DNA from: a virus
Taxonomy: Duplodnaviria > Caudoviricetes
Length of the DNA stretch: 26,823 nt
IMG/VR virus record: IMGVR_UViG_3300044261_000005
Location: 1-26,823 of that record
Direction: 5' to 3' (one strand)
Shown: positions 17,362 through 24,534 of the stretch, one piece after another
Numbering within the stretch: position 1 is the stretch's first letter
How the letters are laid out: each line of letters starts with the position of its first letter
The notes under the pieces: generated by a model
Seen by the model: only the letters and a program-made list of their open reading frames with translations
Database searches by the model: none
Told to the model about the DNA's origin: nothing
Made by a program: the position numbers and the translations under genes

Positions 17362-18267
17362 TTGAGCCACGATTGGGTCGAGTACTCCATCAAGGAGTCT
17401 CCCTACACAGGTGCGACGTTTGCCGTCCACATGGTCCTCGCGCACCACGCTGACAAGAACACCGGCATGTGCTGGCCCAGTCAGGACCTCATTGCCGAAG
17501 AGGCCCGTGTCACTGTGCGGACCGTCAAGAGGTCCATCAAGCAGATGTGCGATGACGGCTATCTGGAGCGGTCCTACCGCCACCGTCAGCGTCGGTACCG
17601 TCTTCTCGTATCCAACGGAGAGGGGACATGGGTGTCCCTTGAGAAGGGACATGGGAGTCCCTTGAGAGGGGACATGGGTGTCCCGTCAGAAGGGACACGG
17701 GTGTCCCTTGCATATAGAACCGTCACTGAACCGTCAGTAGAACCGTCAGTGGAACCGAAAAGCACCGGACCCTCCGGGCCCGGCGAAGGAGTAGACGTGA
17801 AGATCGGGAACCTCAGCGAGGACGCGGACATGCCGGAAATGGATGTCACGCGGAATCCGAAGCGGAAGTTGCCGTTCAAGGCGGTCCCCCCGGTCGGCAC
17901 CAACGACTGGCTGCTCTACCGGTTCGAGCAGGAGCGGGCACGGGCTGGGGTCCGGACCGGGAGGTACAACAAGGGTCACCTGAACCACACCTTCCGGTCC
18001 CTTCGGGATGATGACGGGATGACCAACGCGGAGATCGAAGTCCTGATCCGCACCTTCTTCGTCCGTCACGGGGACGTGGCCCGGACCAAGGTCCGGGAGT
18101 GGGATCTCTCTTCGCTGTTCCGGCAGATGGTCCCCCAGTTGCAGATTCAGGCCAGAGACACGACCCGTGCCGTTCGAGACGGGCGCAAGACCACGACACA
18201 GAAGGGCAAGGAACTGAGCGGCGATCTTCTCGCTCGCTTCGGAGTATCGAAGGATGATGACGAATGA
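17362..18267 (+). CDS. Replication initiator with N-terminal winged HTH (HTH_36-like; functional analogue of lambda O)
   Basis: TTG start after GAGAGG; VLAHHADKNTGMCWPSQDLIAEEARVTVRTVKRSIKQMCDDGYL; internal iterons; followed by loader and DnaB genes. Confidence 0.85.
   Translation: MSHDWVEYSIKESPYTGATFAVHMVLAHHADKNTGMCWPSQDLIAEEARVTVRTVKRSIKQMCDDGYLERSYRHRQRRYRLLVSNGEGTWVSLEKGHGSPLRGDMGVPSEGTRVSLAYRTVTEPSVEPSVEPKSTGPSGPGEGVDVKIGNLSEDADMPEMDVTRNPKRKLPFKAVPPVGTNDWLLYRFEQERARAGVRTGRYNKGHLNHTFRSLRDDDGMTNAEIEVLIRTFFVRHGDVARTKVREWDLSSLFRQMVPQLQIQARDTTRAVRDGRKTTTQKGKELSGDLLARFGVSKDDDE
17620..17757. repeat. Putative replication origin: four 23-bp iterons plus GAACCGTCA repeats
   Basis: GGGACA(T/C)GGG(T/A)GTCCC at 17623, 17646, 17669 and 17692 (exact 23-bp period, each a dyad), then GAACCG(TCA) at 17717, 17728, 17740 and 17752. 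Confidence 0.85.
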
Positions 18268-18980
18268 CTGAGACCCAGAAGAAGAAGCGGTACTGGTACA
18301 GGCCGGATGGCTATGAGACCGATCACCTGATCGACTCCCTCTCCGACGAGGAACTTCTCGACCATATGGGCGTCCCGCTGAAGTACATCCGGCACGCGGT
18401 CGCGATGCAGAACGATCTGCCAGATGAGGTGGAGTCGTGGTTGGCGAACATGCCCTACGTCTACCGGCCCACCTTCGACCGGCTGGACAAGGACATGTGC
18501 GGCGTTGGTCTGGTCTTCTGGGGCGAGCCCGGAGGGCGGAAGACCACCGTGGCGGCTGCCACCTTGTTGCGGGCGGTCCGACTGAAGACCCCCAACACCG
18601 ACCCCACCGGACACAACTACACATGGCACGGGGCAGCGATGGGTCGCTTCGTGGACTGGCAGGAGGCCAGCGCGCTCTTTCGCAGTGCGAGTCGCAGCGA
18701 GGAGGACGAGATGGCGGCGGAGGAGGTCAAGAAGTTCATGAAGCCCAACGGACCGGCGGTCCACCGGGCGGACTTCCTCATTCTGGACGACATCAGCCGC
18801 GAGCGGGCCACTGAGTTCAACATCACGGAGTTGCAGCGGACCCTCCGCCGTCGCGGGGACAATGGCTACCCGACCATCCTCACCAGCAACCGCCACCCGG
18901 ACGATTGGGAAGAGGCGCATGGGGATGCCCTCTCCGGCTACATCCACCGCCAGTTCCTTCCAGTCGAGTTCGCGCTGTGA
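18264..18980 (+). CDS. DnaC/IstB-like AAA+ helicase loader
   Basis: Walker A variant GEPGGRKTT, Walker B FLILDD, RRRGDNGYPTILTSN; between initiator and DnaB. Confidence 0.85.
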   Translation: MTETQKKKRYWYRPDGYETDHLIDSLSDEELLDHMGVPLKYIRHAVAMQNDLPDEVESWLANMPYVYRPTFDRLDKDMCGVGLVFWGEPGGRKTTVAAATLLRAVRLKTPNTDPTGHNYTWHGAAMGRFVDWQEASALFRSASRSEEDEMAAEEVKKFMKPNGPAVHRADFLILDDISRERATEFNITELQRTLRRRGDNGYPTILTSNRHPDDWEEAHGDALSGYIHRQFLPVEFAL

Positions 18981-19390
18981 AGGACAACGACCTGAGCGCA
19001 GCGCCGACCCATCGCTACTGGGTCCTGTCGGACTTGGTCTTCACCAAGGTGGAGTCCAGTGAGGTGAAGAAGGCGGGGTGGTTCCGAAAGACGGAGACCA
19101 TCACCATCACCCGCGCCCCAGACCTGCGGGTCATGAGTGAACTGTGGCGGTGGAGTTCCCGGTACGGGGTCCGGCTCGAACTGATCTTCGTGGGTGAGGA
19201 CGACGCACCGGGACTCTGGGACTCACTGATCAAGGCAGCCAACCCGTTCAGCGACTTCATCGAGTTCGAGAACATCAACGACGTGGTGGGGCTGATGGAC
19301 TACCGACCTGACCTACTCGGAGTCATTGACGTTCCGGAACGCTCCGCCTACTACGGCGGTCGTGGACTGACCATGCAGGAGTTGAGGTAA
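18977..19390 (+). CDS. Hypothetical protein
   Basis: GTGA overlap; 137 aa (MKDNDLSAAP...YGGRGLTMQELR) with GC3-rich codons. Confidence 0.75.
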   Translation: MKDNDLSAAPTHRYWVLSDLVFTKVESSEVKKAGWFRKTETITITRAPDLRVMSELWRWSSRYGVRLELIFVGEDDAPGLWDSLIKAANPFSDFIEFENINDVVGLMDYRPDLLGVIDVPERSAYYGGRGLTMQELR

Positions 19391-19393
19391 CCC

Positions 19394-20644
19394 GTGGCAC
19401 TCTCCAACGAGAACCGGATCATCGCCAAGATCATCACCGAGCGGGACATCACGGCGGTCAGGGACCGGGGGATGACCTCCAAGTGGTTCTACGGCCCAGA
19501 GCATAAGGACGCGCTGGACTTCATCCTCAAGCACCACGAGAAGTACGGCGAGGTGCCGACCAAGGTGGCCTTCCAGAGCCACTTCGGAACGAAGTACAAG
19601 ATCGTCTCCATCCCAGAGGCGATGGACTACCTGCTCGACACCTGTGCCGAACACGCCCAGTGGATGCACGCCAAGGAGGTCTCGCTGAACGTCGCGGACG
19701 ACCTCAAGGACAGTCGCACCGCTGACGCCATCGCCAGCATGGAGGCGGGGCTCGCCAAGATCCGGTCGTTCACCCCCGTGGCGACCCATCTGGTGGACTC
19801 CATGGACAACGACCGACTGGAGGAGCGGTGGAAGGAGTACGACCTCAGGAAGACCTCCACCGGTCTGCTGGGGTACTCCACCGGGTTCCCCACGATTGAC
19901 GACGCGACGCTGGGTCTCCAGAACGGCCAGTTGGTCACGCTGCTGGCCCAGCAGAAGGTGGGCAAGACCAGCCTGTGCCTGACGATGGGCAACAACATCT
20001 ACGCCAACCACAAGGTGCCGATCCTGTTCGTCACCTTCGAGATGAGCGTTCGTGAGTTGGAGATGCGGCAGGAGTCACTGATGGCTCACATCAACTTCCG
20101 CCACCTCCAGAAGGGCGACCTGACTCCGCTGGAGGAGAAGCGCTACGACGAGTGGTTGGATATGGCCCAATCTGACTACGACTGGCCGTTCCACTTCATG
20201 GATGTCGCGTCTGGGGCGACCGTCAGTGCAGTAGAAGCCACTGCGGTCCGACATGACCCGGCAGTGATCTTCGTGGACGGCATCTACATGATGACCGACG
20301 AGGTCACGGGTGAGCGGAACTCGTGGGAGGCCATCACCAACATCACTCGTGCCCTGAAGCGGTTGGCGATGCAGTTGAACAAGCCCATCGTCATCAACTC
20401 GCAGGCACTGGCGAGCAAGTCCAAGGGCACGCGACTGTCCACCTCCAGTGCTGGCTACTCGTCGTCCTTCGGGCAGGATTCAGACGTGATCATGGGTCTG
20501 GAGCGGATCCAACCGGGCAAGGGAGAGGACGAGTCCCTGTACGCCTACGAGCGCATCCTGAGGATCCTCGACTCCCGCAACTCCGGGACGGCTCAGGCCG
20601 ATCTCATCTTCGACTACGACACCGGCACCATCGAGGAGACCTGA
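19394..20644 (+). CDS. dnaB: DnaB-like replicative helicase
   Basis: GYSTGFPTIDDATLGLQNGQL, Walker A AQQKVGKT, FVTFEMS, IFVDGIYMM, LKRLAMQLNKPIVINSQ, GQDSDVIMGL. Confidence 0.93.
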   Translation: MALSNENRIIAKIITERDITAVRDRGMTSKWFYGPEHKDALDFILKHHEKYGEVPTKVAFQSHFGTKYKIVSIPEAMDYLLDTCAEHAQWMHAKEVSLNVADDLKDSRTADAIASMEAGLAKIRSFTPVATHLVDSMDNDRLEERWKEYDLRKTSTGLLGYSTGFPTIDDATLGLQNGQLVTLLAQQKVGKTSLCLTMGNNIYANHKVPILFVTFEMSVRELEMRQESLMAHINFRHLQKGDLTPLEEKRYDEWLDMAQSDYDWPFHFMDVASGATVSAVEATAVRHDPAVIFVDGIYMMTDEVTGERNSWEAITNITRALKRLAMQLNKPIVINSQALASKSKGTRLSTSSAGYSSSFGQDSDVIMGLERIQPGKGEDESLYAYERILRILDSRNSGTAQADLIFDYDTGTIEET

Positions 20645-20645
20645 C

Positions 20646-20759
20646 ATGGTTGGACGAGGAAGCGAGCACTGCGTATGCGGTCACACCTACAGCGGCCACA
20701 CCCTGCATGCTGGGGTCTGCATGTCCTGTGGCTGCGACCAGTTCGAGGAGGCGAAGTGA
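20646..20759 (+). CDS. 37-aa Cys/His-rich micro-protein (putative zinc finger)
   Basis: MVGRGSEHCVCGHTYSGHTLHAGVCMSCGCDQFEEAK*; GAGGAG upstream; exactly fills the gap and overlaps the next start (GTGA). Confidence 0.65.
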   Translation: MVGRGSEHCVCGHTYSGHTLHAGVCMSCGCDQFEEAK

Positions 20760-20977
20760 GCCGCGAAGGGGAGCCCGCTGGACTGGGCTGTGATGTCAGC
20801 GCGGGGGTGGAGCCGGGCAGGTTCGGAAGGCTGGTCGCGATCCTCAAGCCACACAAGTCGTGGGACGACGGCAGCCGGATGCAGTACATGTTCCGCAAGT
20901 ACCAGCCCGAGGACGGGGACTTCCCGACGGGTGGCTACTACCGGTCCGGCTTCCTGTGGCCGACCGAGTTCAACTGA
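20756..20977 (+). CDS. Hypothetical protein
   Basis: GTG after GAGGAGG; 73 aa. Confidence 0.6.
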   Translation: MSREGEPAGLGCDVSAGVEPGRFGRLVAILKPHKSWDDGSRMQYMFRKYQPEDGDFPTGGYYRSGFLWPTEFN

Positions 20978-20986
20978 GAGGGAGAC

Positions 20987-21250
20987 ATGACCGAGCATGA
21001 TCTGCTGTGCCACCTCCACGGCACAGACACACCTCGCGGCCATGTGGACTGCCGCTGCGACTTCATCGGCATGGTCCGCGACAACGAGCATGGACGACTC
21101 CTGACGAGTGTTCGCGAGGACGTGTTCAACGAGGTCATCTACGGACTTGGTGTTCTATTGAGTACCACGCAGCAGATGAGCCTAGAACACCGCTCCGGAG
21201 TGTGGATGTCGTTGGAATACGTCAAGGCCATGAAGGCGGCGGAGGCGTGA
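20987..21250 (+). CDS. Hypothetical protein
   Basis: RBS GAGGGAG; 87 aa with an N-terminal His/Cys cluster. Confidence 0.7.
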   Translation: MTEHDLLCHLHGTDTPRGHVDCRCDFIGMVRDNEHGRLLTSVREDVFNEVIYGLGVLLSTTQQMSLEHRSGVWMSLEYVKAMKAAEA

Positions 21251-21510
21251 GAAGGACGGGACCCGCTCCGGAACTGGGGATCCTGATCGCAGGCTGGGCT
21301 ACCGGCAAGTCGGTCAAGATCAAGGGTGACGAAGGCGAGTGGCACGAACTCACCCCCGACAACATCCACGGACAGACCGAGGAGAAGGAGTGGGTGACTC
21401 TCAGAGAGGCCATCGCTCGATACGACCACCGACACATGGAGAACAACGAGTGCTCGCACAAGCAGTGCGAGTGGATCAAGGACGAGGAACGCTATGACTG
21501 CGAGAGATGA
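21247..21510 (+). CDS. Hypothetical protein
   Basis: GTGA overlap; 87 aa (MRRTGPAPELG...YDCER). Confidence 0.6.
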   Translation: MRRTGPAPELGILIAGWATGKSVKIKGDEGEWHELTPDNIHGQTEEKEWVTLREAIARYDHRHMENNECSHKQCEWIKDEERYDCER

Positions 21511-21835
21511 CATCAAGCCCGAGTGGCTCGACGCGTTTGCCGATGCGTGGTTCGCTACACCTGAGGGTGAGCCCGGTGATCGGAGGAGCGCGGGATTGGC
21601 AGCCGTGCTCCCGCTGATCTACAACGACTTGCGGGCCAAGGTGGAGATCCTTCCGGACGCTCACCGCCGGAAGTCCAAGATGGGCGGCAAGGGCTATGGA
21701 CAGTGGGGCGGTGATGGCTCCATCTGGCGGGGCGACGTTCTGTCCCTGTTGGGGGGAGAACCTGTGTGCGATCACTGCAAGGGGAATCCCCCAGTCGGGC
21801 ATGAGTGCCCTCGTTGTGGGAGGTCCAATGACTGA
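21494..21835 (+). CDS. Hypothetical protein with C-terminal zinc ribbon
   Basis: 113 aa; CDHC...CPRC; RBS GAGG. Confidence 0.7.
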   Translation: MTARDDIKPEWLDAFADAWFATPEGEPGDRRSAGLAAVLPLIYNDLRAKVEILPDAHRRKSKMGGKGYGQWGGDGSIWRGDVLSLLGGEPVCDHCKGNPPVGHECPRCGRSND

Positions 21836-22136
21836 GGACGCTGACTGGATCGCGGCGGAGCGCAAGCACGAGCGCGAGATGACCAGCATGATGAACGAGG
21901 ACCGACGGCGTCGTCGGGAGACCGTCACGGAGCGAGTGGTGGCTGCTTCGTGGGCACTGTCCGTCGCTGTCGTGGTGTGCGCAGTCGCCGCGATGATCTA
22001 CTTCTGGCAACACGACGCGGGCACTCGCGGTCAGCAGGCAGAACTGGCCTGCCTCACCAATGGTGGGACGTGGACCTCCATCGGGGGAAGCACGTCGGAC
22101 GTGTGCCTGTACCTCAAGGAAGGGGTCAGCCCATGA
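21828..22136 (+). CDS. Single-pass membrane protein
   Basis: ATG after GGGAGG; charged N-region, hydrophobic helix VVAASWALSVAVVVCAVAAMIYFW, C-terminal C...GGTW...C. Confidence 0.7.
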   Translation: MTEDADWIAAERKHEREMTSMMNEDRRRRRETVTERVVAASWALSVAVVVCAVAAMIYFWQHDAGTRGQQAELACLTNGGTWTSIGGSTSDVCLYLKEGVSP

Positions 22137-22453
22137 GCACCGCGAACCCCGAGTGGGTCAACGCCGCTGCGCGGGCCATCCACACCCAAGACCCCGACGC
22201 TGTTCAGTTCGCCTGCGCTGCGGCTGCGGTGTCCGCCGTCGAGCCGCTGATCCGCGCCGACGAGCGGGAGCGGGTAATAGCCGAAGGCATGGAGATCCTG
22301 CCCGTCACAATCGCTGCTGAGATGTCCATCGTCCTCACCGACCTGAGGGCCAAGGTGGAGGGGCTGAGCCTGTCGGGCACGTCCGGTGAACGGTACGGGT
22401 TCGACATGGCTCTACGTGCCGTCCTCGCCCTGATCGACAAGGTGGGGAAGTGA
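22133..22453 (+). CDS. Hypothetical protein
   Basis: ATGA overlap; 106 aa (MSTANPEW...LIDKVGK). Confidence 0.7.
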   Translation: MSTANPEWVNAAARAIHTQDPDAVQFACAAAAVSAVEPLIRADERERVIAEGMEILPVTIAAEMSIVLTDLRAKVEGLSLSGTSGERYGFDMALRAVLALIDKVGK

Positions 22454-22719
22454 GCCCGTACTGGTCATGGGTACTGACCGCTGTCGGTGTCACCGGCCTG
22501 TACTTCGCTGGTCAGAAGAAGCCGTGGGCATGGCTGATCGGTCTGGGGGCTCAGGTGCTCTGGCTGGCCTACGCCATCGCTACGGAGCAGTGGGGCTTCA
22601 TCGTTTCGGCGGGAGCCTACGGGACTATCTACTTGAAGAACCATCTCGCTTGGTGGCGCGATAGGCCCGAGACGCTTCCAGTTGGCACTCGCGGCAGCGA
22701 CGGCCCCCATGTGCATTGA
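22450..22719 (+). CDS. Small PnuC-like membrane protein (3 TM)
   Basis: WSWVLTAVGVTGLYFAGQKKPWAWLIGLGAQVLWLAYAIATEQWGF..YG..Y..N...W resembles the half-size PnuC-like proteins of actinophages. Confidence 0.7.
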   Translation: MSPYWSWVLTAVGVTGLYFAGQKKPWAWLIGLGAQVLWLAYAIATEQWGFIVSAGAYGTIYLKNHLAWWRDRPETLPVGTRGSDGPHVH

Positions 22720-23166
22720 CGTAGACGTTGTCGTCAGTCATCGGGTGCCCCTGCTTGCAGTGAGTCCACGGGAGACTGCGAGGCCAACGGTTGGCGCGCT
22801 TGATTTCGTACTCGTCCAGTCGGGCCGTGAACGCGGACCTCTTGTCGCTGGACAGCCACGGCCACAGGGCGTCACGGACGATGATCACTTTCGCGTACGC
22901 GTTGATCTGCAACTGGTAGCGGGGCTTTCGGTTGGGTATGTAGATCGGTCCTCGGATGGCGGCATCTACATCGACGGCGGCGCAGAATCGCAGCAACGTG
23001 TCGGGGATGCCGTCCACCCCGGCTTGTGTGATGGAGACGGCAGGCACGCCGACACGTCCGTTCTTGGCGACAGTTCGCGCGACAGATCCTTCACCATCGA
23101 AGAATCCAGCAGCCCAAGCACGCTCAGTATCGGGGATCATTGCATGAGACTACTACTGCACTACGG
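22617..23166 (-). mobile_element. Homing-endonuclease cassette flanked by CTACGG direct repeats
   Basis: CTACGG at 22617-22622 and 23161-23166. Deleting the 544 bp between them rejoins the PnuC-like ORF in frame to an alternative C-terminus. Confidence 0.7.
22625..23140 (-). CDS. Single-motif LAGLIDADG endonuclease with C-terminal HCxxGH...CxxC domain
   Basis: AWAAGFFDGEGSV; VSITQ; LWPWLSSDKR; C-terminal THCKQGHPMTDDNVYV...RRCREC. The only credible minus-strand gene in the window. Confidence 0.88.
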   Translation of the reverse strand: MIPDTERAWAAGFFDGEGSVARTVAKNGRVGVPAVSITQAGVDGIPDTLLRFCAAVDVDAAIRGPIYIPNRKPRYQLQINAYAKVIIVRDALWPWLSSDKRSAFTARLDEYEIKRANRWPRSLPWTHCKQGHPMTDDNVYVNAHGGRRCRECQLEASRAYRATKRDGSSSR

Positions 23167-23175
23167 CTGGGTCTA
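23147..23175 (-). promoter_or_regulatory. Leaderless promoter for the endonuclease
   Basis: Minus strand: TAGACC (23175-23170), 17 bp, TAGTCT (23152-23147), 6 nt, ATG 23140. No SD is present. Confidence 0.55.
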
Positions 23176-23233
23176 TGCCCGCAACGCTCGTCTGTGGATG
23201 CGTCCGGAGGTGACTGATGGACAGCCTTCCTGA
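23162..23233 (+). pseudogene. Displaced original 3' end of the PnuC-like gene
   Basis: Reads YGWVYARNARLWMRPEVTDGQPS*, aligning without gaps to YGTIYLKNHLAWWRD of 22450-22719. Contains the primase RBS GGAGGTG. Confidence 0.65.
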
Positions 23234-24158
23234 GGGTGCGGTCGCGGCGGCGATGGAGTCCTTGGGCATCGAGGTACTGACTCAGAACGGCGACGAGTTG
23301 GTCGCCTTGTGCCCCGGACACGAGGCGCGGGTGGGCAAGGTGGATGGCAACCCCTCGTGGTCCATCAACGAGGAGACCGGTATCCACTTCTGCTTCTCCT
23401 GCCACTACAAGGGCAACCTGATCACCCTCATCCGGGACATCAAGGGCGACACGGAGGCGAGTCGCTTCCAGAGCGAGTTCGAGACCCACAAGCGGATCCT
23501 CATGGAGGACCCGGACTTCACCATCGTCATCGACAAGCCGACGACCACTCCTGTTCGCACTGCGAACTGGCACCCAGAGTCGTGGCTGTCGGAGTTCATC
23601 CCTCCGCCCAAGTGGGCCCTCGCTGCCCGTCGGATCTCCGCTGCTGCGGCGGCGAAGTACGAGGTGCTCTGGGACGAGGCCAGAGAGGCGTGGATCCTCC
23701 CCCTACGGGACCCAGAGACTGACCGCCTCCTTGGCTACCAGAAGAAGTCCCAGCGCACGCGCCTGTTCCGCAACCGTCCACGGGAGGTCCCCAAGTCGGA
23801 CACCTTCTTCGGGTGGAAGGCCGTCCGTGGTCGCAAGTGGGTGGTAGTTGTCGAATCTCCCCTTGATGCTGTACTCTTAGCAGATATGGACGTTCCTGCA
23901 ATCGCCGTCTGCGGTTCCTTCTTGAGCGAGGCTCAGGTGGAACTGCTGCGCGAGGCTGACTTCGATCAGGTCTACCTGTGGCTCGACAATGACAAGGCCG
24001 GGTCACTGGAGACGAAGCGGATGAAGAAGACCCTGATCAAGAGCGGCGTACGAACTGAGTTCATCACTACCGAGTCCTACCCTGAGTTCACAGGGAAGGA
24101 CGTGGGTGAACTCACAGACGACGACATCGAGGCCGTGCTCGACGCTGCCGGGATCTGA
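23217..24158 (+). CDS. dnaG: DNA primase (CHC2-type zinc finger + TOPRIM)
   Basis: CPGH...PSWSIN...HFCFSC; VVVVESPLDA; WLDNDKAG; KDVGE. Confidence 0.92.
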   Translation: MDSLPEGAVAAAMESLGIEVLTQNGDELVALCPGHEARVGKVDGNPSWSINEETGIHFCFSCHYKGNLITLIRDIKGDTEASRFQSEFETHKRILMEDPDFTIVIDKPTTTPVRTANWHPESWLSEFIPPPKWALAARRISAAAAAKYEVLWDEAREAWILPLRDPETDRLLGYQKKSQRTRLFRNRPREVPKSDTFFGWKAVRGRKWVVVVESPLDAVLLADMDVPAIAVCGSFLSEAQVELLREADFDQVYLWLDNDKAGSLETKRMKKTLIKSGVRTEFITTESYPEFTGKDVGELTDDDIEAVLDAAGI

Positions 24159-24159
24159 C

Positions 24160-24534
24160 GTGCCGTGGATCATTGGGAGAGCCTGCTCTGGACAGTGGGC
24201 CTACGCGCCCCGCTGGCTGGAGATCCTCAGGCACCCGTCGATGGAGAAGTTCCGGGTGGAGACCCGGATGTTCGCAGTACCTGATCTGGAGGACAGATCG
24301 GTGAAGGTCGGAGTGGAAGTAGTACGGAGAGAAGCCGCGAAGCGGTTGGTGAACAGAGAGGTCAAGCACTTCGAGGTTGTGGCGAAGCGTCAGGACGGAG
24401 TCCGGCGGGTCCCACACGAGAGGTGCAGGGAACAAGGATGCGACGGGTGTCGCGGATTGGGAGCACTGCTCATGGTGGACAGAGAGAGCCACGTAGACCT
24501 GATGGGTTGGGTGGCGGTCGTCAGTGTGGCGTGA
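24160..24534 (+). CDS. Hypothetical protein with Cys cluster
   Basis: Fills the primase-helicase gap; HERC...CDGCRGLG. The start is uncertain (GTG 24160). Confidence 0.55.
   Translation: MPWIIGRACSGQWAYAPRWLEILRHPSMEKFRVETRMFAVPDLEDRSVKVGVEVVRREAAKRLVNREVKHFEVVAKRQDGVRRVPHERCREQGCDGCRGLGALLMVDRESHVDLMGWVAVVSVA

Noticed and set aside
17073-17393. Small ORFs on both strands in the initiator leader
   Set aside because: They have atypical codon usage and no SD, and the region is better explained by RNA structures. A short leader peptide cannot be fully excluded.
17620-17710. Mini CRISPR array (palindromic repeats)
   Set aside because: The period is only 23 bp with 7-bp near-identical spacers, it lies within an initiator ORF, and there are no cas genes. 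Iterons fit better.
22623-23160. Group I intron or intein carrying the LAGLIDADG ORF
   Set aside because: The ORF is antisense to the host gene and occupies nearly all of the 544 bp, leaving no room for a ribozyme core. There are no intein splice residues.
22682-23233. 183-aa plus-strand ORF
   Set aside because: It is the shadow of the minus-strand endonuclease; only its last 23 codons (the displaced PnuC-like tail) look meaningful.
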